Source: Candidatus Oxydemutatoraceae bacterium
Lineage (GTDB): Bacteria; Pseudomonadota; Gammaproteobacteria; Poriferisulfidales; Oxydemutatoraceae
Direction: 5' to 3'
NCBI GenBank assembly: GCA_965219575.1
Contig: OZ244779.1
Location: forward strand, 1,164,769 to 1,228,768
DNA: 64,000 nucleotides
The notes under the pieces were generated by a model. The model worked only from the letters and a program-made list of their open reading frames with translations. It was not told where the DNA came from and did not search any database. Each line of letters starts with the position of its first letter. Within the stretch, counting starts at the first letter, position 1. The translations under genes were made by a program, and so were the position numbers. Positions 1 through 7,637 of this stretch are shown here, piece by piece.

Positions 1-2
1 AT

Positions 3-3000
3 CCTAACACCGATAGTAGCGAATGTCGTAATGTGAGTGATACCACAACAGATTTACCTGTCTGTGGTAGTTTGTTGTCGCCTATACTCAGATATGGTTT
101 GAGTGAATTGCAATTAGTGGCAGGTAATCTGTCGCCTGATTTTGATGTGGTAGTGCCGAGCTACAGAGGGACGTTAGTTAATAGTACCGGCACAATACGG
201 TTCAGACCGATAACGGTAAATCCCGATGCCAAGGTTTACATTACGGCTGATGAAGAAGCTAGAGGTACGGCCATAGCGAGTGGTAATGAGAGTGGTACGA
301 TTTCATTAAACACCGACGGAATAACTACAATCACAATTGAAGTTGAGAATGGTGGTGAAACAATACAGACTATTATTTATACTCTCTCTCTTAATTATTA
401 TGAGTTTAACGGGGATGTTGATAGGGATAATGACGGTTTGATAGAGATTGATAATTTAGAGGGGTTGAATGCGATGCGTTATCAACCGGACGGGACGAGC
501 TATAGAGAGAGTGAGACGGCACTTAAGGTTGCAGTAGGTTGCCCTAATAACGGATGCAAAGGCTATGAATTGACCAGAGATTTAGACTTTAACGACGATG
601 ACAGCTATAGTTCAACGGCTAATAGGATTATATGGACTGCGGGAGCAGGTTGGCAGCCGATTGGGGATTCTTCTGATGCTTTCACCGGTAAGTTTGAAGG
701 CAACGATCACACGATTTCCGATCTTACGATTGACAGAAGTTTAACAACGGAATGGATAGGTTTGTTCGGTTACACGGGAAGTGATGCTGAAATCGCTAAT
801 GTTGGTTTGTTAAGTGTGGATATCATGGGGACTTTCAATGTAGGTGGTTTAGTTGGTCGCAATGACGGCAGTATCACGAACAGCTATGCGACGGGTTCTG
901 TTGAAGGGAGTGGTGATAGTGTAGGCAGTTTAGTCGGTAGCAATGACGGCAGTATCACGAACAGCTATGCGACGGGTTTTGTTGAAGGGAGTGGTGATAG
1001 TGTAGGCGGTTTAGTCGGTGGCAATGGCAACGGAGGTATTATTACGAACAGCTATGCGACGAGTTCTGTTTCAGGTAGTAGCACTGCAGGCGGTTTAGTC
1101 GGTCGTAATGGTGGCAGTGTCACGAACAGCTATGCGACGGGAGATGTTTTTGGGAGTTTCATTGCAGGCGGTTTAGTCGGTGGCAATGGCAACGGAGGTA
1201 TTATTACGAACAGCTATGCGACGGGTTCTGTTTCAGGTAGTAGCACTGCAGGCGGTTTAGTCGGTGGAAATGACGGCACCATCACGAACAGCTATGCGAC
1301 GGGTTCTGTTTCAGGTAGTAGCACTGCAGGCGGTTTAGTCGGTGGAAATGGTGGCAGTATCACGAACAGCTATGCGACAGGTTCTGTTTCAGGGGGAACT
1401 GCAGGCGGTTTAGTTGGTGTCAATGGCGGTTTCTTCAGTGAGTTAGGTCTCATTGAGATAGGTACCATCACGAACAGCTATGCGACGGGTTCTGTTTCAG
1501 AGAGTGGCACTGCAGGCGGTTTAGTCGGTGGAAATGACGGCACCATCACGAACAGCTATGCGACGGGATCTGTTTCAGAGAGTGGCACTGCAGGCGGTTT
1601 AGTCGGTCGTAATGGTGGCAGTATCACGAACAGCTATGCGACGGGATCTGTTTCAGAGAGTGGCACTGCAGGCGGTTTAGTCGCTGTCAGTAGCTTTTTC
1701 TCCGGTTTCTTCGGTGAGTTAGATCCCATTGAGTTAGGTACCATCACGAACAGCTATTGGGATATAAATACTAGTGGAATACAGACAAGTGCCGGTGGCA
1801 CGAGTAAAACCACGGTGGAATTGAAAGCGGCGAACGCACAAAACACGGACCCCGATAAACCCTATTACGAATGGAGTATTACGAATTGGGATTTCGGCAC
1901 TAGCATCCAATACCCGGTGCTCAAATATACGGATAATCCTAACACCGATAGTAGCGAATGTCGTAATGAGGGCGATACCACAACAGATTTACCTGTCTGT
2001 GGTAGTTTGTTGTCGCCTCCACTGAGATATGGTTTGAGTGAATTGCAATTAGTGGCAGGTGATTTATCGCCTGATTTTGATGTGGTAGTGCCGAGCTACA
2101 GAGGGACGGTAGTTAATAGTACCGACACAATACGGTTCAGACCGAAAACGGTAAATCCCGATGCCGAGGTTTACATTACGGCCGATGAAGAAGCTAGAAG
2201 TCCAGCCATAGCGAGTGGTAATGAGAGTGGTATGATTTCGTTAAACACCGGCGGGATAACTACAATCACAATTGCGGTTGAGAATGGTGGTGAAACAACA
2301 CCGACTGTTATTTATACTCTCTCCCTTGATTATTATGAGTTTAACGGAGATGTTGATAGAGATGATGATGGTTTGATAGAGATTGATAATTTAGAGGGGT
2401 TGAATGCGATGCGTTATCAGCCGGACGGGACGGGCTATAGGGAGAGCGCGACGGCACCCAAGGTTGTAATAGGTTGCCCTAATAACGGATGCAAAGGCTA
2501 TGAATTGACGAGAGACTTAGACTTTAACGACGATGACAGCTATAGCTCAACAGCCAACAGAATTATATGGACTACGGGAGCAGGCTGGCAGCCGATTGGG
2601 GATTCTTCTAATGCTTTCACCGGTAAGTTTGAAGGCAACGATCACACGATTTCCGATCTTATGATTGACAGAGGTACGGAATGGATAGGTTTGTTCGGTT
2701 ACACGGGAAGCGGTGCTGAAATCGCTAATGTTGGTTTGTTAAGTGTGGATATCATGGGGACTTTCAATGTAGGTGGTTTAGTTGGTAGCAATGACGGCAT
2801 TATCACGAACAGCTATGCGACGGGTTCTGTTTCAGGGAGTGGCAGTGCAGATGATGCAGGCGGTTTAGTCGGTAGCAATGACGGTACTATTACGAACAGC
2901 TATGCGACGGGTTCTGTTTCAGGGAGTGGCAGCGCAGGTGATGCAGGCGGTTTAGTCGGTAGCAATGACGGTACTATTACGAACAGCTATGCGACGGGAT

Positions 3001-6000
3001 CTGTTTCAGAGAGTGACAATGCAGGTGGTTTAGTCGGCCAGAATAATTTTGGCAGTATCAGGAACAGCTATGCGACGGGATCTGTTTCAGAGAGTGACAA
3101 TGCAGGTGGTTTAGTCGGTCAGAATAATTTTGGCAGTATCAGGAACAGCTATGCGACAGGTTCTGTTTCAGAGAGTGACAATGCAGGTGGTTTAGTCGGT
3201 CGGAATGATGACGGCACCATCACGAACAGCTATGCGACGGGTTCTGTTTCAGGGAGTGGCAGTGCAGGTGATGCAGGCGGTTTAGTCGGTAGCAATGATG
3301 GTACTATTACGAACAGCTATGCGACGGGATCTGTTTCAGGGAGTGGCAGTGCAGATGATGCAGGCGGTTTAGTCGGTAGCAATGACGGTACTATTACGAA
3401 CAGCTATGCGACGGGTTCTGTTTCAGAGAGTGACAATGCAGGTGGTTTAGTCGGTAGCAATGACGGTACTATTACGAACAGCTATGCGACGGGATCTGTT
3501 TCAGATAGTGGTGATGCAGGCGGTTTAGTCGGTAGCAATGATGGTACTATTACGAACAGCTATGCGACAGGTTCTGTTTCAGAGAATAGCACTGCCGGCG
3601 GATTAGTTGGTCGGAATGATGGTGGCAGTATCACGAACAGCTATGCGACGGGATCTGTTTCAGGGCGTTTAAGTTTCGGCAGCGGTGGTTTAGTCGGTCG
3701 GAATGACGGCACTATCACGAACAGCTATTGGGATATAAATGCTAGTGGAATACAGACAAGTGCCGGTGGCACGAGTAAAACCACGGTGGAATTGAAAGCG
3801 GCGAACGCACAAAACACGGACCCCGATAAACCTTATTACGAATGGAGTATTACGAATTGGGATTTCGGCACTAGCCTCCAATACCCGGTTCTCAAATATA
3901 CGGATAATCCTAACACGGATAGTAGCGAATGTCGTAATGTGAGTGATACCACAACAGATTTACCTGTCTGTGGTAGTTTGTTGTCGCCTATACTCAGATA
4001 TGGTTTGAGTGAATTGCAATTAGTGGCAGGTAATCTGTCGCCTGATTTTGATGTGGTCGTGCCGAGCTACAGAGGGACGGTAGTTAATAGTACCGGCACA
4101 ATACGGTTCAGACCGATAACATTAAATCCCGATGCCAAGGTTTACATTACGGCTGATGAAGAAGCTAGAGGTACGGCCATAGCGAGTGGTAATGAGAGTG
4201 GTACGATTTCATTAAACACCGACGGAATAACTACAATCACAATTGAAGTTGAGAATGGTGGTGAAACAATACAGACTATTATTTATACTCTCTCTCTTAA
4301 TTATTATGAGTTTAACGGGGATGTTGATAGGGATAATGACGGTTTGATAGAGATTGATAATTTAGAAGGATTGAATGCGATGCGTTATCAACCGGACGGG
4401 ACGGGCTATAGAGAGAGCGCGACGGCACCCAAGGTTGTAATAGGTTGCCCTAATAACGGATGCAAAGGCTATGAATTGACGAGAGACTTAGACTTTAACG
4501 ACGATGACAGCTATAGCTCAACAGCCAACAGAATTATATGGACTACGGGAGCAGGTTGGCAGCCGATTGGGGATTCTTCTGATGCTTTCACCGGTAAGTT
4601 TGAAGGCAACGATCACACGATTTCCGATCTTACGATTGACAGAAGTTTAACAACGGAATGGATAGGTTTGTTCGGTTACACGGGAAGTGGTGCTGAAATC
4701 GCTAATGTTGGCTTACTAAATGTAAATATAACAGGAAGTAGCAATGTAGGCAGTTTAGTCGGTAGCAATGATGGCAGTATCACGAACAGCTATGCAACGG
4801 GTTCTGTTTCAGGGGACACTGCAGGCGGTTTAGTCGGTGGCAATGGCGGCAGTATCACGAACAGCTATGCAACGGGTTCTGTTTCAGGGGACACTGCAGG
4901 CGGTTTAGTCGGTGGCAATGGCGGCAGTATCACGAACAGCTATGCAACGGGTTCTGTTTCAGGGGACACTGCAGGCGGTTTAGTCGGTCAGAATAATTTT
5001 GGCAGTATCAGGAACAGCTATGCGACGGGTTCTGTTTCAGGGGGCAGTGCAGGCGGTTTAGTCGGTGTAAATTCCGGCAGTATCGCGAACAGCTATGCGA
5101 TGGGATCTATTTCAGGGAGTTTCTTTTTCGGCAGCGCAGGTGGTTTAGTTGGTGATAGTTATTTTGGTTTCATCGCGAACAGCTATGCGACGGGTTTTGT
5201 TTCAGGGAGTGGCAGTTTAGGTGGTTTAGTCGGTGTCATTAGTGATTCATTCGATGTCGGTGATGTCAGTATGGATTTTATCACGAACAGCTATTGGGAT
5301 ATAAATACTAGTGAAATACAGACAAGTGCCGGTGGCACGAGTAAAACCACGGTGGAATTGAAAGCGGCGAACGCACAAAACACGAACCCCGATAAACCCT
5401 ATTACGAATGGAGTATTACGGATTGGGACTTCGGCACTAATAGCCAATATCCGATCCTCAGATCTGTAGGTAGCGGTATTCTGTTGTCGGGTCAAGGAGT
5501 AGGTCTAAGAGATTTAGAGGTGCTAACACCAGGTGTAAGATTGAGCCCGATTTTCGGGGCTACAACCACCCATTATGTTATAGACTTTCTTTCTACTAGG
5601 ACGAGCGACATCAGCCTTAGATTGAGAGCCTATGATACCGATGCGACGATCAAAGTAGTTAGACAAGGCGAGGATACCGATTATTTTGAAAACAAAGGTA
5701 GCGATGGGCGAAGCGAGCCTATTCCTATAGATGCAAACACTGCATTAGTCATCACGGTAACCGAAGCCGGAACCACTATAACCACTATTTATATGATTAG
5801 CCCTCAAGTGGAAGCGAACATTGCACCGCCAATTATGATTACACCGTCAATTCCGGGGAGCAGCCCCCCGATGATTACGCTTGCGCCGTCGGTCGCGCAG
5901 ACGCTACCGCGCAATAGCACGGCGAGTATCATCGTTTCGGTAGCGGATAATAATTATGGCGACGGTGATAGGGTCACATTGACGGCAATATCGTCGGCTG

Positions 6001-6218
6001 CAGCGATTGTGTCGGTGACATCGCCGACGACGATTACCGGCATTGCCGACAATACGTCTAGAACCTTTACGATAAACGCTTTGCGAGGTGGGGTGGCAAC
6101 GATTACCTTCACCGCAAAAGACAGCAGAGGGTCAAGTGATAGTGCCGACCTATTGGTGCGTGTCCCTACGACTATTAGGATACATGTTAGGGTATTTTTA
6201 GAAGGTCTTTTCCAATAA
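3..6218 (+). CDS. Large repetitive surface/adhesin-like protein (GLUG-motif beta-helix plus cadherin-like beta-sandwich modules); 5' end lies upstream of the window
   Basis: The frame is open from base 3 (PNTDSSECRNVSD..., the same text that precedes the later modules), so the GTG at 33 is not the real start. There are three modules, each with a cadherin-like domain (LSPDFD..Y...ITTITIxVENG...YTLSL), DxDxDGLIEI, GCxGYELTRDLDF, GGLVG..ITNSYATG repeats, and SYWD..WDFG..QYP. The protein ends IRIHVRVFLEGLFQ. Confidence 0.9.
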   Translation, partial: PNTDSSECRNVSDTTTDLPVCGSLLSPILRYGLSELQLVAGNLSPDFDVVVPSYRGTLVNSTGTIRFRPITVNPDAKVYITADEEARGTAIASGNESGTISLNTDGITTITIEVENGGETIQTIIYTLSLNYYEFNGDVDRDNDGLIEIDNLEGLNAMRYQPDGTSYRESETALKVAVGCPNNGCKGYELTRDLDFNDDDSYSSTANRIIWTAGAGWQPIGDSSDAFTGKFEGNDHTISDLTIDRSLTTEWIGLFGYTGSDAEIANVGLLSVDIMGTFNVGGLVGRNDGSITNSYATGSVEGSGDSVGSLVGSNDGSITNSYATGFVEGSGDSVGGLVGGNGNGGIITNSYATSSVSGSSTAGGLVGRNGGSVTNSYATGDVFGSFIAGGLVGGNGNGGIITNSYATGSVSGSSTAGGLVGGNDGTITNSYATGSVSGSSTAGGLVGGNGGSITNSYATGSVSGGTAGGLVGVNGGFFSELGLIEIGTITNSYATGSVSESGTAGGLVGGNDGTITNSYATGSVSESGTAGGLVGRNGGSITNSYATGSVSESGTAGGLVAVSSFFSGFFGELDPIELGTITNSYWDINTSGIQTSAGGTSKTTVELKAANAQNTDPDKPYYEWSITNWDFGTSIQYPVLKYTDNPNTDSSECRNEGDTTTDLPVCGSLLSPPLRYGLSELQLVAGDLSPDFDVVVPSYRGTVVNSTDTIRFRPKTVNPDAEVYITADEEARSPAIASGNESGMISLNTGGITTITIAVENGGETTPTVIYTLSLDYYEFNGDVDRDDDGLIEIDNLEGLNAMRYQPDGTGYRESATAPKVVIGCPNNGCKGYELTRDLDFNDDDSYSSTANRIIWTTGAGWQPIGDSSNAFTGKFEGNDHTISDLMIDRGTEWIGLFGYTGSGAEIANVGLLSVDIMGTFNVGGLVGSNDGIITNSYATGSVSGSGSADDAGGLVGSNDGTITNSYATGSVSGSGSAGDAGGLVGSNDGTITNSYATGSVSESDNAGGLVGQNNFGSIRNSYATGSVSESDNAGGLVGQNNFGSIRNSYATGSVSESDNAGGLVGRNDDGTITNSYATGSVSGSGSAGDAGGLVGSNDGTITNSYATGSVSGSGSADDAGGLVGSNDGTITNSYATGSVSESDNAGGLVGSNDGTITNSYATGSVSDSGDAGGLVGSNDGTITNSYATGSVSENSTAGGLVGRNDGGSITNSYATGSVSGRLSFGSGGLVGRNDGTITNSYWDINASGIQTSAGGTSKTTVELKAANAQNTDPDKPYYEWSITNWDFGTSLQYPVLKYTDNPNTDSSECRNVSDTTTDLPVCGSLLSPILRYGLSELQLVAGNLSPDFDVVVPSYRGTVVNSTGTIRFRPITLNPDAKVYITADEEARGTAIASGNESGTISLNTDGITTITIEVENGGETIQTIIYTLSLNYYEFNGDVDRDNDGLIEIDNLEGLNAMRYQPDGTGYRESATAPKVVIGCPNNGCKGYELTRDLDFNDDDSYSSTANRIIWTTGAGWQPIGDSSDAFTGKFEGNDHTISDLTIDRSLTTEWIGLFGYTGSGAEIANVGLLNVNITGSSNVGSLVGSNDGSITNSYATGSVSGDTAGGLVGGNGGSITNSYATGSVSGDTAGGLVGGNGGSITNSYATGSVSGDTAGGLVGQNNFGSIRNSYATGSVSGGSAGGLVGVNSGSIANSYAMGSISGSFFFGSAGGLVGDSYFGFIANSYATGFVSGSGSLGGLVGVISDSFDVGDVSMDFITNSYWDINTSEIQTSAGGTSKTTVELKAANAQNTNPDKPYYEWSITDWDFGTNSQYPILRSVGSGILLSGQGVGLRDLEVLTPGVRLSPIFGATTTHYVIDFLSTRTSDISLRLRAYDTDATIKVVRQGEDTDYFENKGSDGRSEPIPIDANTALVITVTEAGTTITTIYMISPQVEANIAPPIMITPSIPGSSPPMITLAPSVAQTLPRNSTASIIVSVADNNYGDGDRVTLTAISSAAAIVSVTSPTTITGIADNTSRTFTINALRGGVATITFTAKDSRGSSDSADLLVRVPTTIRIHVRVFLEGLFQ
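835..1760 (+). repeat. In-frame GLUG-type repeat array, 11 units (module 1)
   Basis: Constant blocks gcaggcggtttagtcgg and acgaacagctatgcgacggg alternate with variable loop-coding segments. Confidence 0.9.
2765..3731 (+). repeat. In-frame GLUG-type repeat array, 12 units (module 2)
   Basis: Same constant blocks. Loops include SNDGT, QNNFGS, RNDDGT and SGSGSADD, SESDN. Confidence 0.9.
4743..5297 (+). repeat. In-frame GLUG-type repeat array, 7 units (module 3)
   Basis: Same constant blocks. Includes exact 75-bp tandem copies of AGGLVGGNGGSITNSYATGSVSGDT. Confidence 0.9.
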
Positions 6219-6400
6219 AACCCATGTTTACCTGCCGGTGCTGACGTTACCTTTCATGGTAAGGCGTGAAAACTAACTTTGCAGATGGTAATAAAAATGG
6301 GGTAACGTCAATGTTATGGCATAGTACAAGAAATTTGTATTGAGTTGTGAATGTGTTAGTATGGGAATACTTAAAAAGTAATAAGAATATTTAAGAAATA

Positions 6401-6595
6401 ATGACTAAATTAAGGAATATAAATATCCGAGCAGTGTTGGAACACGGAGAGTTATTTGATGAGGTATTGCGTGTGCAGATGCGTGCTTGGGTGGATGATG
6501 ATTGCAAAGGTCGCAAGTCATTGCAAACGACGGCATTAGATGCGATATTAGCGGTTGCCGATAAACATCAAAACGAGTTGATAAGGAGTAAATAG
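6401..6595 (+). CDS. Small hypothetical protein (64 aa)
   Basis: ATG-started ORF ending 2 bp before the next ORF. An N-terminal strand followed by helices is loosely RHH-like, but I recognise no family. Confidence 0.5.
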   Translation: MTKLRNINIRAVLEHGELFDEVLRVQMRAWVDDDCKGRKSLQTTALDAILAVADKHQNELIRSK

Positions 6596-6597
6596 AG

Positions 6598-6840
6598 ATG
6601 ACCGAGATAGCATTATACGACACATTAAGAAAAATACCGGAGGTATCCGATGCCGAAGCAAAGGAGGCGGTGAATGATATTGCGAGTGCGAGGGAAGTAG
6701 CTACGAAGGTAGATATAGTTAGAGTAGAAAAAACTATAGCAGAGCTAGAAACGAAGATAACGAAACTAATCTATGCGGTAGTTGCAGTAAATACCGGAGT
6801 AGTAATTGCGGCGGTCGGATTGATGATAAAGTTTTTATAA
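6598..6840 (+). CDS. DUF1640/CCDC90-like small coiled-coil membrane protein (80 aa)
   Basis: RBS aaggag at ~6583. LYDTL...EAKEAV head, VATKxDI motif, coiled coil and a C-terminal hydrophobic helix, the usual layout of this often phage-linked family. Confidence 0.65.
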   Translation: MTEIALYDTLRKIPEVSDAEAKEAVNDIASAREVATKVDIVRVEKTIAELETKITKLIYAVVAVNTGVVIAAVGLMIKFL

Positions 6841-6851
6841 TGGGAGAAACT

Positions 6852-7143
6852 GGGACTGTTGAAAAAGTACCGCTCTGCACGAATTCAACCGCTTTTCGCC
6901 ATATGTATGATAACCACAAAGTCGTAGGGGCAGTATAAAGCCGCCGATTGAGCCGGTAGGTCAATCGGCAACTCTGATGTCTGCCCTTAAGTACCGTTCT
7001 GCACAAATTCAACCGCTCTGCGCCATTTGGTTTTGGTTTCCATGAATCGGGTGGATGAATGTATAAATCGTGCCGACCAACGCGTTACGGGCGGACATGC
7101 CAGTCCGCCCCTACGGTCCATAAAATACTTTTTCAACAGCCCC
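6852..7143. mobile_element. 292-bp MITE-like non-autonomous element with 18-bp terminal inverted repeats, 5-bp target duplication and internal REP-like hairpins
   Basis: Left end gggactgttgaaaaagta (6852-6869) and right end tactttttcaacagcccc (7126-7143) are 17/18 complementary. AAACT flanks both sides (6847-6851, 7144-7148). A second copy starts at 56156. Confidence 0.85.
6924..7114. repeat. Inverted pair of GTAG-type REP-like palindromes (REPIN-like) inside the MITE
   Basis: GTAGGGGCAG...CTGCCC (6924-6986, with inner hairpin gccgattga/tcaatcggc) and GGGCGGAC-atgcca-GTCCGCCC-CTAC (7089-7114). Confidence 0.7.
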
Positions 7144-7168
7144 AAACTGTTAACTATTTTGTGTGAGC

Positions 7169-7280
7169 GAGCCTGTTAATTACTTTGTGTAGCTTCGCTC
7201 TCTTTAATGTCAAATCTACCTTCGTATTCAATAGCTAATCGGTTCATCGCCGGTATCCAATTTCGTATCGGCATTGTACA
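7169..7280 (-). pseudogene. IS256-family transposase C-terminal relic with terminal repeat
   Basis: The minus strand reads TMPIRNWIPAMNRLAIEYEGRFDIKESEATQSN* (stop at 7176-7178), resembling the IS256 Tnp C-terminus (WTMPIxNWxxAxNxFAIxFxxR). It overlaps an IS256-like end, ctacacaaagtaattaacaggctc. Confidence 0.75.
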
Positions 7281-7291
7281 GTCAGCATGCA

Positions 7292-7408
7292 ACGCAGGCG
7301 TTTGGCTTCTGCCACTTCCATGTCATTATACCTGCTACGCAAGTGTTAGAATGTCTGTTCGGCGATGCCTAGCTCATTACAGATATCTATTAATTTGATG
7401 CCTTTGTC
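7292..7408 (-). pseudogene. IS3-family OrfA (HTH) relic with internal stop
   Basis: The minus strand reads DKGIKLIDICNELGIAEQTF*HLRSRYNDMEVAEAKRLR, matching IS3-type OrfA (ICRELGISEQTFYRWRxKYGGMEVSEAKRL). The conserved Tyr codon has become TAA. Confidence 0.8.
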
Positions 7409-7440
7409 GTTTGACCACATTAAGTTGATGCACATCATCA

Positions 7441-7477
7441 TGCCACTTGCTAAACCGAAGCAAGTGGCAGTTTTATT
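7441..7477 (+). terminator. Probable intrinsic terminator upstream of the giant gene
   Basis: Perfect 11-bp stem TGCCACTTGCT / AGCAAGTGGCA with a 7-nt loop, followed by GTTTTATT. Confidence 0.6.
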
Positions 7478-7565
7478 CTCAATAGCCTGATATTATGGTA
7501 TTGTACAAAATCATACTATAAACGGGGAATATAGTATAATACGATGCAATATAAATTATTGCCCC

Positions 7566-7637
7566 ATGTATAGTTTTAATAAATTTATCTATATCATTTT
7601 ATTTTCATTCGCGCTGTTTGCAGGTGAAGGCTATGCA
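7566..7637 (+). other. Predicted Sec/SPase I signal peptide of the giant protein
   Basis: Lys in the n-region, hydrophobic core FIYIILFSFALFA, and a G-Y-A cleavage motif. Confidence 0.75.

Larger units (their letters stand above)
1..5455 (+). repeat. Tandem ~1.95 kb near-identical coding modules (units start at 1, 1936 and 3907)
   Basis: atcctaacac[c/g]gatagtagcgaatgtcgtaat recurs at 1, 1936 and 3907 (periods 1935 and 1971 bp), with long identical framework stretches between. Confidence 0.95.

Noticed and set aside
835-5297. CRISPR-like alternation of constant and variable DNA
   Set aside because: Units are in-frame protein repeats, the 'spacers' are reused and codon-structured, the repeats are not palindromic, and no cas genes are present.
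1-5455. Diversity-generating retroelement TR/VR pair
   Set aside because: Differences between repeats are not adenine-specific and include indels; there is no reverse transcriptase in the window.
6734-7012. Minus-strand ORFs 6734-7012 and 56101-56346 with similar translations
   Set aside because: The similarity comes from the shared MITE; there is no evidence of coding function.
7207-7398. 63-aa + strand ORF
   Set aside because: It lies antisense to the IS256 and IS3 relics, which explain the sequence better.
7309-7470. Possible antiterminator pairing (ctgccactt 7309-7317 with aagtggcag 7462-7470)
   Set aside because: Only 9 nt, and the upstream half lies in IS3-derived coding sequence, so it is probably coincidental.
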